Source: Clostridia bacterium (lineage in GTDB: Bacteria > Bacillota > Clostridia > UBA1212 > DUPL01). From it: a stretch of 64,000 nt of DNA. Positions 1 to 11,209 of this stretch are shown here, in pieces. The stretch is taken from positions 384,001 to 448,000 of the forward strand of contig JBMNIW010000012.1 of NCBI GenBank assembly GCA_050951325.1, written 5' to 3'. A program made the translations under genes and the position numbers. Positions within the stretch are counted from its first letter, which is position 1. Each line of letters begins with the position of its first letter. The notes under the pieces were generated by a model. That model was not told where the DNA came from. It made no database searches and worked only from the letters and a program-made list of their open reading frames with translations.

Positions 1-1
1 A

Positions 2-634
2 AAGACGGAACAAGACAAGAAAAAGACAAATCTGATGATTGAGTACTGCAAGGATTCATACCAGATTTCACAAAAGGCCTGCAGGAAAATAAGTGATAGA
101 GACGGTGCGGACGGCTTCTTCATAATATGCCACATGCCAAGGTATGATATAGAAAAACTTCCACTTAAGGACGACATGCTTGTTATGGTGCTGGATGGTC
201 TTGAACAACCAGGCAATGTTGGTGCTACAATAAGATCCCTTGATGCAGCAGGCGGAGATTTTGCCATCATGACGAACAGAAGAGTTCGTCTGACTCACAG
301 CAGGGTTATAAGAGCAAGTCTTGGTGCTGCTTTCATGATGCCTGTATGTGTTTGCGACATGGCCGAGGTTGTAAAGTGGCTTGTCAAAAACAAGTTCAAG
401 ATAATCGTTACTGATTTGACAGCAAAAAAATCCTACTACGACATAGATTACAGCGGCAGGGTTTGTATTGTTGCAGGTAATGAATATCTGGGAATATCTC
501 CTGATTGGCGGCATGTCGAAGGCGCAATTCCCTGTATCATTCCGATGCTGGGAAGTGTTGAATCCCTCAATGTGGGGTTTGCCTCCACTATTGTCGCCTA
601 TGAGGCGAGGAGATACAAAAGCTTCATTAACTAG
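2..634 (+). CDS. TrmH/SpoU family RNA methyltransferase (5' end probably outside window)
   Basis: SPOUT motifs LDGLEQPGNVGATIRS, GNEYLGI, IPMLGSVESLNV; frame is open from base 2 to the ATG at 35. Confidence 0.9.
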   Translation, partial: KTEQDKKKTNLMIEYCKDSYQISQKACRKISDRDGADGFFIICHMPRYDIEKLPLKDDMLVMVLDGLEQPGNVGATIRSLDAAGGDFAIMTNRRVRLTHSRVIRASLGAAFMMPVCVCDMAEVVKWLVKNKFKIIVTDLTAKKSYYDIDYSGRVCIVAGNEYLGISPDWRHVEGAIPCIIPMLGSVESLNVGFASTIVAYEARRYKSFIN

Positions 635-1948
635 CTATTTCCTCTTAAATACCTTTCTTAACTTTTCTTTTATGGAGACCCATCTGGTTTCCATTTTTGT
701 TTTTATGCTGACTGTCTCCTCGGTTTCAGTCACAACTTCTTCCTCAACAACTTCGCTTTCAGCATCTTCTTTTTCTTCTTGGATTTCATTAACCGGCGAT
801 ATCAATTGTTTTGCTTCAATTCTCTTTCTGATATAAACATCATAGAAGAACAGCTTGAATATGGCTGCAAGAACGTCGCCGAATATAAGGCCGGGCAAGC
901 CAAAGAGCCTTCCCCCAATACCAAGACCGGCAAGTACTAGCAAGGGACTAATCCCCATTTTGCCGCCAACAATCTTGGGTGATATAAACCAGTTATCCAC
1001 AGCTTGGATTATAAGTATGCAGATTGCTGCGGCAACTCCAAGCCAGAAGTCATACGCAAGACTAATAATTATAATCGGTATTGCTCCTATCCAGGGACCG
1101 ATATACGGAATCATGTTGGTAATACCGAATGTGACTGCAAAAAGTATTGCATAAGGCAGCCTTGCAATACTGAACGCAACATATGCAAGAATTGTGCAAA
1201 TCAGCGCTTGAAGCAGTTTTCCTGTAAAATACTTTCTGAATATCTGGTTGACCTCATGCCCTATCCATCTCAAGCGTTCTCCGGTTCTTTTTCTGAAGAG
1301 ACCATCAATTACCCTGTTTATGGCAACCAAGGTGTGTTCCTTCTCTATAAGCATATAAACTGAAACCATAATGCCCATTATAAAATTAAAAAGCAGGCTT
1401 GTTGCATTTGATACAATGGAGGTAATTAGATTTATGTTGATAGCATCCGTTGCTGACTTGAGAAGAGAATCCAGAGCATTTGTGACGCTTTTCAGGACAT
1501 CTTCGGATAATTCATATTTGGTACCGTCCAATAGGTTGTTGTAATATGCCACAACCTTGTCAATTAAAGTAGGAATCTTAACTGCGAAATCCTTAAGTGT
1601 GGTTGTAAGAGCCGGTACCAGTGTGAATATCAAAAAGCTTAGTATTCCAAAGAAGGTCATGTATGCAATAATCATGCATAATGCCTTTTTAAGTTTTTTG
1701 TTGTTGTTCAGCAAATCCTTGAACAGTTTCTTGTCCCAGAAATCTATATATGCGTTGAGTATATATGCGATAATGAACCCAAATAAAAGGTAGCCTAAAA
1801 TATATCCTATATATTGAAACACAAAAGCAAAGTTCAGCCAAAAACCTGAAAAGTCAAATATGAGTTTTCCTATCAGACTCAGGATAATGAAAAGAAAAAT
1901 AATCTTCTTAATAGTCCAATTTGATCGGTTTCTTTGCATCGGCGGCAC
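635..1948 (-). CDS. AI-2E family transporter with acidic C-terminal tail
   Basis: Multiple TM segments, NMIPYIGPWIG and ISPKIVG..GISP motifs. Confidence 0.88.
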   Translation of the reverse strand: MPPMQRNRSNWTIKKIIFLFIILSLIGKLIFDFSGFWLNFAFVFQYIGYILGYLLFGFIIAYILNAYIDFWDKKLFKDLLNNNKKLKKALCMIIAYMTFFGILSFLIFTLVPALTTTLKDFAVKIPTLIDKVVAYYNNLLDGTKYELSEDVLKSVTNALDSLLKSATDAININLITSIVSNATSLLFNFIMGIMVSVYMLIEKEHTLVAINRVIDGLFRKRTGERLRWIGHEVNQIFRKYFTGKLLQALICTILAYVAFSIARLPYAILFAVTFGITNMIPYIGPWIGAIPIIIISLAYDFWLGVAAAICILIIQAVDNWFISPKIVGGKMGISPLLVLAGLGIGGRLFGLPGLIFGDVLAAIFKLFFYDVYIRKRIEAKQLISPVNEIQEEKEDAESEVVEEEVVTETEETVSIKTKMETRWVSIKEKLRKVFKRK

Positions 1949-2087
1949 CTTCCAATTTTTTATAATGACTTAAGTTTACCATAATTTTATACCGCAAACA
2001 ATAGTAGTCTTCTGCTTTATATTCAAAAAGCCTTGTCTTTCGTATATAGTAAAGCAATGTGAATAAACAGGAAACATAATTAATATA

Positions 2088-2115
2088 TTGACAAAATGTG
2101 TTGTATGAATATAAT
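2088..2115 (+). promoter_or_regulatory. Sigma-A type promoter
   Basis: TTGACA (2088-2093), 16 nt, TATAAT (2110-2115); GGAGG RBS before ATG 2148. Confidence 0.7.
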
Positions 2116-2147
2116 TATCTTAACAATTGTTAATGGAGGTTTTAAAT

Positions 2148-3110
2148 ATGTACAAGAGGTTATTTGCGTTTTGCGTTATCTTTGTAATGATTTTTTCACT
2201 AATGGCTGCAAACGCTGCAAAGCTTTCAGACCTTGATATGTCGAAGATAGAGCTTGTGAAAGAGTCTAAAATTGATGTGGAAAGCGTGTCGGTGGGTGCG
2301 GAATTCGGTAATCCACCAGCAGGATGGACATACCAGTTTGTGCTTGGTGAACAGCCAAAGATTGCAGAAGCGGATGGAAACAAGTATATTGCTTCAAATG
2401 GCTTCTGGCAGATGTTTCATGAACCAGTAGAAGAAAAGTACTACATGTTCTCTGTTGATGTCAAGGTATCAGGGAAACAAAACTTTGGTATTTTTGCAAG
2501 AGCCGGTAAAGAGAAGTTCCAATACGAGCTTAACATGTCAGACTTCTTTGAACAGGACAGATCCGGTGAGCATGATGGCCTTCAAGCACTTGGAGGAAGT
2601 GGAATGTATGTAAGGGTTGAAGGCAAAAAAGTTACTCTGTACATAAAGCTTTATGATGAGTCTCAGAAATGCGACATTAACAACAAGCTTTATGCCTTTG
2701 AGACAAATTATGATTTTTCAACCGGATTCCATACCATTACATTGGCTGATGATGGCAAAAACGTATATGTTGCTGTAGATGATGAAATTATTGCAAGAGT
2801 CAAGTTCTCAGATCCGAAGACTTATCCAATTGGTGAAGAGCAATACTATTCCAAGGTAGTTGTTTACGGTGGCGATGGCAGTGAGCTTGGCACTCATGAC
2901 AATGCATTGTTTGCCGTTAACAGCGTTGTAGCTATTGGTAACAGAAACAGTCCAACCAATTTTGACAATATCATTCTAAGGACATACAAGGACAAAGCTG
3001 ACAACCCACAGACATCTGATTCCGGTGTTGCTTTATTTGCTTTGACGGTTGCTTTTGGTATGGCAGTGGTTGTCTTTAAAGAAGAGGGTTTTTGCATAAG
3101 CCCGAGATGA
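2148..3110 (+). CDS. Secreted beta-rich surface protein with sortase-like NPQTSD signal
   Basis: Signal peptide, NPQTSD followed by a hydrophobic segment; paralogous to 15540-16556 and 19048-20100. Confidence 0.75.
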   Translation: MYKRLFAFCVIFVMIFSLMAANAAKLSDLDMSKIELVKESKIDVESVSVGAEFGNPPAGWTYQFVLGEQPKIAEADGNKYIASNGFWQMFHEPVEEKYYMFSVDVKVSGKQNFGIFARAGKEKFQYELNMSDFFEQDRSGEHDGLQALGGSGMYVRVEGKKVTLYIKLYDESQKCDINNKLYAFETNYDFSTGFHTITLADDGKNVYVAVDDEIIARVKFSDPKTYPIGEEQYYSKVVVYGGDGSELGTHDNALFAVNSVVAIGNRNSPTNFDNIILRTYKDKADNPQTSDSGVALFALTVAFGMAVVVFKEEGFCISPR

Positions 3111-3129
3111 TAAAAGGACATAACATACA

Positions 3130-3164
3130 AAGAAGGAAGAATACAAGAGCTTCCTTCTTTTTTT
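3130..3164 (+). terminator. Rho-independent terminator
   Basis: AAGAAGGAAG / CTTCCTTCTT stem followed by a T run. Confidence 0.75.
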
Positions 3165-3180
3165 GTGTCTTTACACCGTA

Positions 3181-3209
3181 TTGACTTTATTCCAAACCAT
3201 TAGTATACT
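3181..3209 (+). promoter_or_regulatory. Sigma-A type promoter of the rhamnosidase gene
   Basis: TTGACT, 17 nt, TATACT; GGAGG before ATG 3238. Confidence 0.7.
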
Positions 3210-3237
3210 AACGGAAACAAGCATTTGGAGGTTTTTT

Positions 3238-4947
3238 ATGCAGATGGATATTGTGCCTTATGGTATACGTAAGAAGGAGATTTTTAAAAAAACGGAAGAA
3301 GACAAGAGAGTAAGACGCTTTATGGGTGTTCAAAAGGTTCTGTGGAAGTCAGAAGGAGACAAATGTCTTGTAACAGGCGAAAAAGTATTGCTGGAAGACA
3401 GGGATCCGCAGATTAATCTTGGTCAGACAGAGGCATGTGTGCTTGAGAACAATGGAGAAACAGCGAGCATACTTCTGGACTTTGGCGTAGAGTTTCATGG
3501 ATATGTAAAGTTGTTTGTATGGTCTGTCTCACCTGAAAAGGTAAGGCTTCGTATTCGTTTTGGTGAATCCGCAATGGAGGCTATGAGTGACCTAGGTGGA
3601 GAAAAGAATGCCACCAACGACCATATTAACAGGGATCAGATAATTGAAACTGGATTTTTGAGCATGCCTGAAATTGGACCTTCTGGATTCAGATTTTGCA
3701 GAATTGATTTGATTGATCCTAATACCAAAATATCATTTAAGACAGTAAAAGGTATTTTTACTTATAGAGAACTGGAGTACAAAGGCTCGTTCAGATGCAA
3801 CGATGAAAGACTGAATGAAATCTGGGGTGTTGGAGCATACACCGTTCATCTCAACATGCAGGAATATGTATGGGATGGAATCAAGAGAGATAGACTGGTA
3901 TGGATTGGAGATATGCATCCCGAAACATCCACAATTCAGGCTGTTTTTGGATATGATGAATCTGTACCAAAGAGCCTTGACCTTGCAAGAGATGAAACTC
4001 CCCTACCCGGATTTATGAGTGGCATATCTTCATACTCTTTGTGGTGGGTTCTGATTCACCATGGCTGGTACATGCAGAATGGAGATAAAGAGTATCTTGA
4101 AGAACAGAGGGATTATTTAAAGAGTCTTTTGATTCAGTTCAGCCAATATATTGATGAAGAAGGCAGAGAACAACTGCCCCCAACAAGATTTCTTGACTGG
4201 CCATCCCATGGAAATGATGAGGCTTTCCATGCAGGACTTCATTCGCTATTGCGCTTGAGCCTGTTAAGAGGAGCCGAGCTTCTTGAAGAGCTTGGTGAAA
4301 ACGAGACCGCAGCTATGTGCAGGGAAAGAGCTGACATACTTTTGAAACATGTTCCAGATCCAAACCACAACAAGCAGGCTGCAGCTTTGATGGCTCTAGC
4401 GGACATAGCGCCTGCAGAAGAGATGAATGATAAAGTTATCAAGGTTGGAGGAGCTAGAAATCTGTCCACTTTCTTTGGCTACTATATCCTACAGGCACAG
4501 GCGTTGGCAAATGACATGGTTGGCGCTCTTGACAATATTCGTACTTATTGGGGAGGAATGCTTGACAGAGGCGCTACAACATTTTGGGAAGACTTCAATA
4601 TTGAGTGGCTTGAGGGTTCGGGAAGAATTGACGAACTTGTTCCGGAAGGAGTAAAAGACCTGCATGGTGATTTTGGAAACTTCTGCTACAAGGGATTCAG
4701 GCATAGTTTATGTCATGGATGGGCTTCAGGTCCTACTGCTTTCATGTCAGGTTATGTACTTGGAATACAAGTATTAAAACCTGGATGCGAGGAAATTAGA
4801 ATAAAGCCTGACCTTGGTGATTTGGAATGGGCGGAAGGAACCTATCCTACACCAATGGGTATTATCTGGGTAAGACATGAAAAGAATCAGGATGGCACCA
4901 TAAAGACTGAATACAAGGTTCCTGAAGGAGTCAAGGTAGTTGAGTAA
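3238..4947 (+). CDS. Alpha-L-rhamnosidase family glycoside hydrolase (GH78)
   Basis: WDGIKRDRLVWIGD, GATTFWE and SLCHGWASGP motifs; start moved to the ATG with an RBS. Confidence 0.9.
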   Translation: MQMDIVPYGIRKKEIFKKTEEDKRVRRFMGVQKVLWKSEGDKCLVTGEKVLLEDRDPQINLGQTEACVLENNGETASILLDFGVEFHGYVKLFVWSVSPEKVRLRIRFGESAMEAMSDLGGEKNATNDHINRDQIIETGFLSMPEIGPSGFRFCRIDLIDPNTKISFKTVKGIFTYRELEYKGSFRCNDERLNEIWGVGAYTVHLNMQEYVWDGIKRDRLVWIGDMHPETSTIQAVFGYDESVPKSLDLARDETPLPGFMSGISSYSLWWVLIHHGWYMQNGDKEYLEEQRDYLKSLLIQFSQYIDEEGREQLPPTRFLDWPSHGNDEAFHAGLHSLLRLSLLRGAELLEELGENETAAMCRERADILLKHVPDPNHNKQAAALMALADIAPAEEMNDKVIKVGGARNLSTFFGYYILQAQALANDMVGALDNIRTYWGGMLDRGATTFWEDFNIEWLEGSGRIDELVPEGVKDLHGDFGNFCYKGFRHSLCHGWASGPTAFMSGYVLGIQVLKPGCEEIRIKPDLGDLEWAEGTYPTPMGIIWVRHEKNQDGTIKTEYKVPEGVKVVE

Positions 4948-4957
4948 ATGATTTAAC

Positions 4958-4992
4958 GAGCTGTGTGTTGTAAATGCACAGCTCTATATTTT
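4958..4992. terminator. Terminator between convergent genes
   Basis: GAGCTGTGTGTT / AATGCACAGCTC stem with T-rich tail. Confidence 0.65.
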
Positions 4993-5417
4993 TATTTAAT
5001 TTCAGGAGGTCTTTGTCTTTTTGCCTTGTACAGTTTGTATAGATAGTGAATGGCCTGGAAGAAAAGACCGGCGAAGAACCCTATTACCACATAGGAGAAA
5101 AAGGCCATAAGACCAACAAGGTCATTCCAGCCAAAGTCATTTACGAGAAAGACTCTGAACATGTCTGCAAAACCCACCAATATGCCTAGAATGAACAACC
5201 AGAAGGCAACAAACAGCCTGAAATAATGGAAGGTGCCTGAAATAACGCCGAAGGATATTGCTGTAACTATATATGAAATCAGATTTCTTACACTTATGTT
5301 TCCATTAAGCACAACACCAAAAGCTGCAAGAAGAAATGCAAATGTAAGTATTGCAACTATAAGGCCAACAATAAGGTAGGTATAACTCCGATTTTCTCTT
5401 TCTCTTTCCCTTCCCAT
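4992..5417 (-). CDS. Hypothetical membrane protein (about 4 TM)
   Basis: Hydrophobic segments, GAGGTG RBS. Confidence 0.75.
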   Translation of the reverse strand: MGRERERENRSYTYLIVGLIVAILTFAFLLAAFGVVLNGNISVRNLISYIVTAISFGVISGTFHYFRLFVAFWLFILGILVGFADMFRVFLVNDFGWNDLVGLMAFFSYVVIGFFAGLFFQAIHYLYKLYKAKRQRPPEIK

Positions 5418-5515
5418 AACACACCTCTTTTTGTGATATTTTCCCCCGTAATGCGTTGTTTATTCCAACAAAAAAAGGGCTGCAATAATGCAACCCTTTT
5501 AATCTATATAAACTC

Positions 5516-5734
5516 TTAGAGTTTGTATATTGCCAAAATTGGTATGCCGGCCGATTTTGCACTTTGTCTGACTCTGTCAATGTTGTGTGGGTGAAATCTT
5601 AAACAATAACTGCAGCTTCCTGTTCTCAGGTATTTTCGTGGTGTTGCAATTATATCTGATTGAATGCCTCTTTTTGTTAGGAGGCTGTGAACCTTCACGC
5701 ATTCGTTTTGGTTCTGAAAAATTGCTATATACAT
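5516..5734 (-). CDS. DUF3343-like small protein
   Basis: IIATPRKY..GSCSYCLRF pattern, 72 aa. Confidence 0.7.
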   Translation of the reverse strand: MYIAIFQNQNECVKVHSLLTKRGIQSDIIATPRKYLRTGSCSYCLRFHPHNIDRVRQSAKSAGIPILAIYKL

Positions 5735-5888
5735 ACTACATACTATACTCCTTAAAAATAGTAATCCAATATATTTTATTCAGCAGTTGATAAAAAGGTT
5801 TTGCTGCACATTTTGCATTTATTGACGATAAAATGTGCCTGTGGTAATATTATATAGAAATGCATTTATTTTTTATGGAGGGTTTTTT

Positions 5889-6236
5889 ATGGCGAAAGGC
5901 ATGAGAGGTGGCTTTGGCGGCGGGTCAAAAAAAGGTGGAGCTGGCAACATGCAAAAAATGCTTCAGCAGGCCCAGAGAATTCAAGCACAGCTTCAACAAG
6001 AAATGGAAGTATTAAGCGAAGAAACTTTTGAAATAACATCTGGTGGTGGCGCAGTAAAGGTTTTCATATCTGGTGACAAGGTTATTCAGGATATTGAAAT
6101 AATGCCTGAGATTGTTGATCCTGAGGATATAGAGATGCTGCAGGATACTATTGTTGCTGCAGTTAATGAAGCATTGTCGTTGGTTGACGAAAAACAAAGG
6201 GAAATTCAAGAGGCCTATACAGGCGGACTGATGTAG
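5889..6236 (+). CDS. ybaB: YbaB/EbfC nucleoid-associated protein
   Basis: [25 protein letters not shown]; directly upstream of recR; GGAGG RBS. Confidence 0.93.
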   Translation: MAKGMRGGFGGGSKKGGAGNMQKMLQQAQRIQAQLQQEMEVLSEETFEITSGGGAVKVFISGDKVIQDIEIMPEIVDPEDIEMLQDTIVAAVNEALSLVDEKQREIQEAYTGGLM

Positions 6237-6249
6237 ACAGGAGAAAGAA

Positions 6250-6846
6250 ATGGCTCTATACACAAGTTCTGTTGCAAGAATGATTGAAGAGTTCGAAAAG
6301 TTGCCTGGGATTGGACACAAGTCGGCTCAAAGGCTTGCTTTTTATTTATTAGGTCAAAGCAAAGAAAAAGTTGCGGCGTTTGCAAATGCGATTCTTGAGG
6401 CAAGAAACCAGCTGCAGTACTGTAGTGTCTGCATGAATATGTCCGACAAGGAGGTTTGCGACATATGCTCCAATCCTGTAAGGGATACCGGAATAATATG
6501 TGTGGTTGAAGATCCCAGAGATGTCGTTGCAATGGAAAGATCAAGAGAATTCAAAGGTCTGTATCATGTGCTTCATGGAGTCATATCACCAATGAGTGGT
6601 GTCACTGTTGATGATTTGAAAATAAAGGAACTTTTGGCAAGAATAAATGACAATACTAAAGAGATAATAGTTGCCACCAATCCGAATATCGAAGGAGAGG
6701 CGACGGCCATGTATCTGGCAAGACTTATTAAGCCTCTTAATGTAAGCGTAACACGTATCGCCCACGGAATACCTGTTGGTGGCGATTTGGAATATGCCGA
6801 CGAGGTAACATTGGCAAAAGCCCTGCAAGGCAGGAGAGAAATGTAA
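6250..6846 (+). CDS. recR: Recombination mediator RecR
   Basis: [14 protein letters not shown]4 zinc finger, Toprim [21 protein letters not shown]. Confidence 0.97.
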   Translation: MALYTSSVARMIEEFEKLPGIGHKSAQRLAFYLLGQSKEKVAAFANAILEARNQLQYCSVCMNMSDKEVCDICSNPVRDTGIICVVEDPRDVVAMERSREFKGLYHVLHGVISPMSGVTVDDLKIKELLARINDNTKEIIVATNPNIEGEATAMYLARLIKPLNVSVTRIAHGIPVGGDLEYADEVTLAKALQGRREM

Positions 6847-6863
6847 TTTGAAAGGAAGTTTAT

Positions 6864-7934
6864 ATGCTCGAAAAGCTTCAAGCAACGGAAGACAGATATG
6901 AAGAAATAAACCAAAAGCTCGCGGATCCGGATATTCTTTCAGACCAGGAAGCATATTTGAAGGTGGTCAAGGAACATGCGGAACTGGAAGAGCTTGTTTC
7001 TGTATTTAGGGAGTATAAAAAGTGTGTCCAGAACAGGGATGAGGCAAAAGAACTTTTGACTCAGAATCTTGATGGCGAGTTCAAGGGGCTTGTCCAGCTG
7101 GAATACGATGAAATGTCGATTAAGGCGGAGGAACTTGAATCAAAGCTCAAGATTCTGCTTACTCCAAAGGATCCTAATGACAACAAAAACGTTATTGTAG
7201 AAATTCGAGGCGGCGCAGGTGGAGAGGAAGCTGCCTTGTTTTCAGCCGTTTTGTTTAGAATGTACACAAGATATGCCGAGCGCATGGGCTGGCATTCTGA
7301 AATAATTGACTTCAATGAAACCGGAATAGGTGGATTCAAGGAAGTCGTTTTTTCCATTGAAGGAAAAGGAGCGTACAGCAGACTCAAATTTGAAAGCGGC
7401 GTGCATAGGGTTCAGAGAGTTCCAACAACGGAAGCAAGTGGAAGAATACACACATCCACCGCTACTGTTGCCGTTTTGCCTGAAATAGATGATGTGGAAA
7501 TTGAGATAAACCCAAATGACTTGGAAATAGATACTTTCAGATCCAGTGGTGCAGGAGGACAGCATGTTAACAAAACAGAGTCCGCCATAAGAATAACACA
7601 CAAGCCCACTGGAATTGTTGTGTCCTGCCAGGATGAAAAGTCACAGCTTAAGAATAGGGAAAAGGCAATGAAGGTATTACGCTCGAAGCTTTATGAGCTT
7701 GAGATGGAGAAACAGGAAAAAGAACTTGCACAAAAAAGAAGAAGCCAGGTAGGAACAGGAGACAGAAGTGAGAGAATAAGGACGTACAACTATCCTCAAA
7801 GCAGGGTAACGGACCATCGTATTGATTTGACTTTGTATAAATTGGATGACATATTGGATGGAGATCTAGATGAGCTTATTGACGCTTTGATTACAAGTGA
7901 ACAGGCGGAGATACTGTCGGGAGGAATCGACTAA
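6864..7934 (+). CDS. prfA: Peptide chain release factor 1
   Basis: [10 protein letters not shown]1-specific PxT (VPTTE), RIRTYNYPQ. Confidence 0.97.
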   Translation: MLEKLQATEDRYEEINQKLADPDILSDQEAYLKVVKEHAELEELVSVFREYKKCVQNRDEAKELLTQNLDGEFKGLVQLEYDEMSIKAEELESKLKILLTPKDPNDNKNVIVEIRGGAGGEEAALFSAVLFRMYTRYAERMGWHSEIIDFNETGIGGFKEVVFSIEGKGAYSRLKFESGVHRVQRVPTTEASGRIHTSTATVAVLPEIDDVEIEINPNDLEIDTFRSSGAGGQHVNKTESAIRITHKPTGIVVSCQDEKSQLKNREKAMKVLRSKLYELEMEKQEKELAQKRRSQVGTGDRSERIRTYNYPQSRVTDHRIDLTLYKLDDILDGDLDELIDALITSEQAEILSGGID

Positions 7935-7937
7935 GAA

Positions 7938-8987
7938 GTGAAAACAGAAATAATTAAAGTTGATCCTGAGAATATAGATGAGAAAATAATGAAATACTGT
8001 GGGGAAAAGATAAGGGAAGGAAAACTTGTCTGTTTCCCCACTGAAACTGTCTATGGGCTTGGAGCTAATGCTTTGGATGAAAAAGCTATTGAAGGAATAT
8101 TTACAGCTAAGGGAAGACCTCAGGACAACCCACTTATAGTTCACATTGCAGGCTATGACATGCTCGATGATATTGTGAAAACAACCCAAAGGGAAGAAAT
8201 CCTTTTAAGAAAATTAAGCGATAGGTTTTGGCCAGGTCCCTTGACATTGATTGTTACAAAAGATGAGTCCATGTCCGATGTGGTAACGAGTGGACTAAAT
8301 ACTGTAGGAGTCAGATATCCCTCAAACAGTATTGCACAAACCCTTATAAATTACGCTAATGTTCCCATCGCTGCACCCAGTGCAAATATATCGGGGAAAC
8401 CAAGTCCCACAAAGGCAAGTCATGTTATTCAGGATTTGACCGGCAAGGTGGATATTATTATTGATGGAGGGCCATGTCAGGTTGGTCTTGAGTCAACGGT
8501 TTTGGATATTGTATCCTGGCCTCCAATCATACTCAGACCTGGTGCTGTTACTCAAGAGGATATCAGCGAGGTTGTTATAGAGGTTTCCGAGCATGGATGG
8601 CAGAAGGAAGTGGACAAGCCAAGGTCTCCGGGAATGAAATACAAACACTATGCTCCTAATGCAAAAATAACAATTTATAAAGGTGAGGAAAGCAAGGTAG
8701 CAAGCCGGATTAAAGAGGAGTTAAAGAATGCAAATAATTTGGGTTTGAATGCATTTGTTCTTGCATCTGAAGAAACCCTTTGTTATTATAATAAAGAAAA
8801 AGCACTGTCCTTGGGAAGTAGGTACAATCCACTGGAACAAGCTTCAAGGCTTTATGACTGTTTGAGAAAATTTGATGAACTTAAAGCAGATGTGGTTTTT
8901 GCCGAAGCAATTGAAAACAAAGGCGTGGGCGATGCCATTATGAACAGGTTGTATAGAGCCGCCGGTGGCAGGTTGATTAGTATATAG
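7938..8987 (+). CDS. sua5: L-threonylcarbamoyladenylate synthase (Sua5 type)
   Basis: FPTETVYGLGA, KGRPQDNPLIVH, SANISG, PGMKYKHYAP. Confidence 0.95.
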   Translation: MKTEIIKVDPENIDEKIMKYCGEKIREGKLVCFPTETVYGLGANALDEKAIEGIFTAKGRPQDNPLIVHIAGYDMLDDIVKTTQREEILLRKLSDRFWPGPLTLIVTKDESMSDVVTSGLNTVGVRYPSNSIAQTLINYANVPIAAPSANISGKPSPTKASHVIQDLTGKVDIIIDGGPCQVGLESTVLDIVSWPPIILRPGAVTQEDISEVVIEVSEHGWQKEVDKPRSPGMKYKHYAPNAKITIYKGEESKVASRIKEELKNANNLGLNAFVLASEETLCYYNKEKALSLGSRYNPLEQASRLYDCLRKFDELKADVVFAEAIENKGVGDAIMNRLYRAAGGRLISI

Positions 8988-8997
8988 AGAAAGAGGT

Positions 8998-9489
8998 TTG
9001 ATTTTGAAGATTTTGTTTGTCTGTACCGGAAATACCTGTAGAAGCTACATGGCTGAAACATTACTAAAGGAGTATATAAGAAAGGCAGAAGAAAGCGACC
9101 TTATACCCCAAAACGCCATAAAGGTGGAGTCTGCAGGTTTGTTTGTGGTGGAGGACACTGCCAATAAAAAGGCTATCAGTGTTATGGAGGAAGAGTTTGG
9201 TATAAATACCGAGACGCATAGTGCCAGGCAAATAACACGAAAGCTTATTGAAGACAGTGACTTGATACTCACTATGACTAACGGACACAAGCGGGCAATT
9301 CTTGATACATACCCTGTATACAAGGGTAAAATATATACGCTGCTTGAATATGCTTTTCCTGAAGCAACTGTTGTTGATATTCAGGACCCTTACAGAGGAG
9401 ACAGACAGGACTATATTGAAAGTGCTGTGTCTATAAACAATGCTATCAAATCCATGTTTTACAAATTGATTGAAGAACTGGAGAAGTAG
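8998..9489 (+). CDS. ywlE: Low molecular weight protein arginine/tyrosine phosphatase
   Basis: VCTGNTCRS P-loop, DPY motif; position after sua5. Confidence 0.88.
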   Translation: MILKILFVCTGNTCRSYMAETLLKEYIRKAEESDLIPQNAIKVESAGLFVVEDTANKKAISVMEEEFGINTETHSARQITRKLIEDSDLILTMTNGHKRAILDTYPVYKGKIYTLLEYAFPEATVVDIQDPYRGDRQDYIESAVSINNAIKSMFYKLIEELEK

Positions 9490-9503
9490 CAAATCTAAAG
9501 TAA

Positions 9504-10145
<642 letters not shown>

Positions 10146-10149
10146 AATA

Positions 10150-10176
10150 TGATACCGGGAAACCGGTATCATTTTG
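10150..10176 (+). terminator. Terminator after upp
   Basis: TGATACCGG-GAAA-CCGGTATCA followed by TTTT. Confidence 0.75.
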
Positions 10177-10312
10177 CATTTATTTTACTTTCCTTATCAA
10201 CATGGCAGGGTGCCGTTTGTTCTGTCTTTTTCTTCAGACATAAGCCATAAATCGAGCTGGGGTTTACCACTATATCCGTCTCGTCAGTTTAATCTAACTA
10301 ATCCGCTTTTTA

Positions 10313-11209
10313 TTAATGATTCTCTATTTCAACTTCAATACTTTCAAATATATCCACTATTTCCACTATTTTCTTTTTACTGAGCTCCTTTGTATTTTTA
10401 AATCCGTATTCCTGGTTTAAGGCATCATACTTGCCGCTTCCGAGTCTGTGGAAGGGCAGTATCGAAACCTTTGTAACACCCAGATTTTTAAGGGTTGTAT
10501 ATACGGTTCTCATTACTTCAACACTATCATTCACCTGCGGGATCAGAGGGATCCTTATTCTCACATCACAGCCCTTTGTAATCAGCTTTGCCAGGTTACT
10601 TATCACTAAATCATAATCACCAAACACATAATTATCATAAACATACCTGTCTCCCTTTATGTCATAGTAAAAGGTATCGGTATAGGGTATAACCTTCAGA
10701 AATTCAGCAAAAGGAACACAGCCTGCCGTATCAATGATCACATGGATATCCTTCTCCTTGCACATTTTGCTCAGTGCTTCCACAAAATCAGATTGAAGCA
10801 AAGGCTCTCCACCCGATATTGTAACTCCACCACCGGACTCCTGCATGTATTCATAATCCTTGTAGAGAGTATCAAACACTTCATCCACGGTCATGTATCT
10901 GCCTGAAAGTTTCAAAGCTTTTGTTGTACATGTCTTTTCACACATGCCACAAAAGTCACACTTGTCAACTTCCACAACATGTTCACCATCCTTAATAGAG
11001 TGAACACCTCTTGTGCAGACAATTTCACAAAGCCTACATTTTGCACATAGATTTTTATGAAACATCAGCCTTGGCTTTTGGGATATGGTCTCGGGATTAT
11101 GACACCAGGGGCACAAAAGATTGCACCCCTGCATAAACACAGTTGTCCTTATGCCCGGACCGTCTCCTAATGAAAAATGCTGTATATTGCTTATCAAACC
11201 CTTATCCAT
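10313..11209 (-). CDS. Glycyl-radical enzyme activating protein (radical SAM with ferredoxin insert)
   Basis: DGPGIRTTVF, GCNLLCPWCHNPE, two CxxCxxCxxxC motifs, SGGEP. Confidence 0.93.
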   Translation of the reverse strand: MDKGLISNIQHFSLGDGPGIRTTVFMQGCNLLCPWCHNPETISQKPRLMFHKNLCAKCRLCEIVCTRGVHSIKDGEHVVEVDKCDFCGMCEKTCTTKALKLSGRYMTVDEVFDTLYKDYEYMQESGGGVTISGGEPLLQSDFVEALSKMCKEKDIHVIIDTAGCVPFAEFLKVIPYTDTFYYDIKGDRYVYDNYVFGDYDLVISNLAKLITKGCDVRIRIPLIPQVNDSVEVMRTVYTTLKNLGVTKVSILPFHRLGSGKYDALNQEYGFKNTKELSKKKIVEIVDIFESIEVEIENH

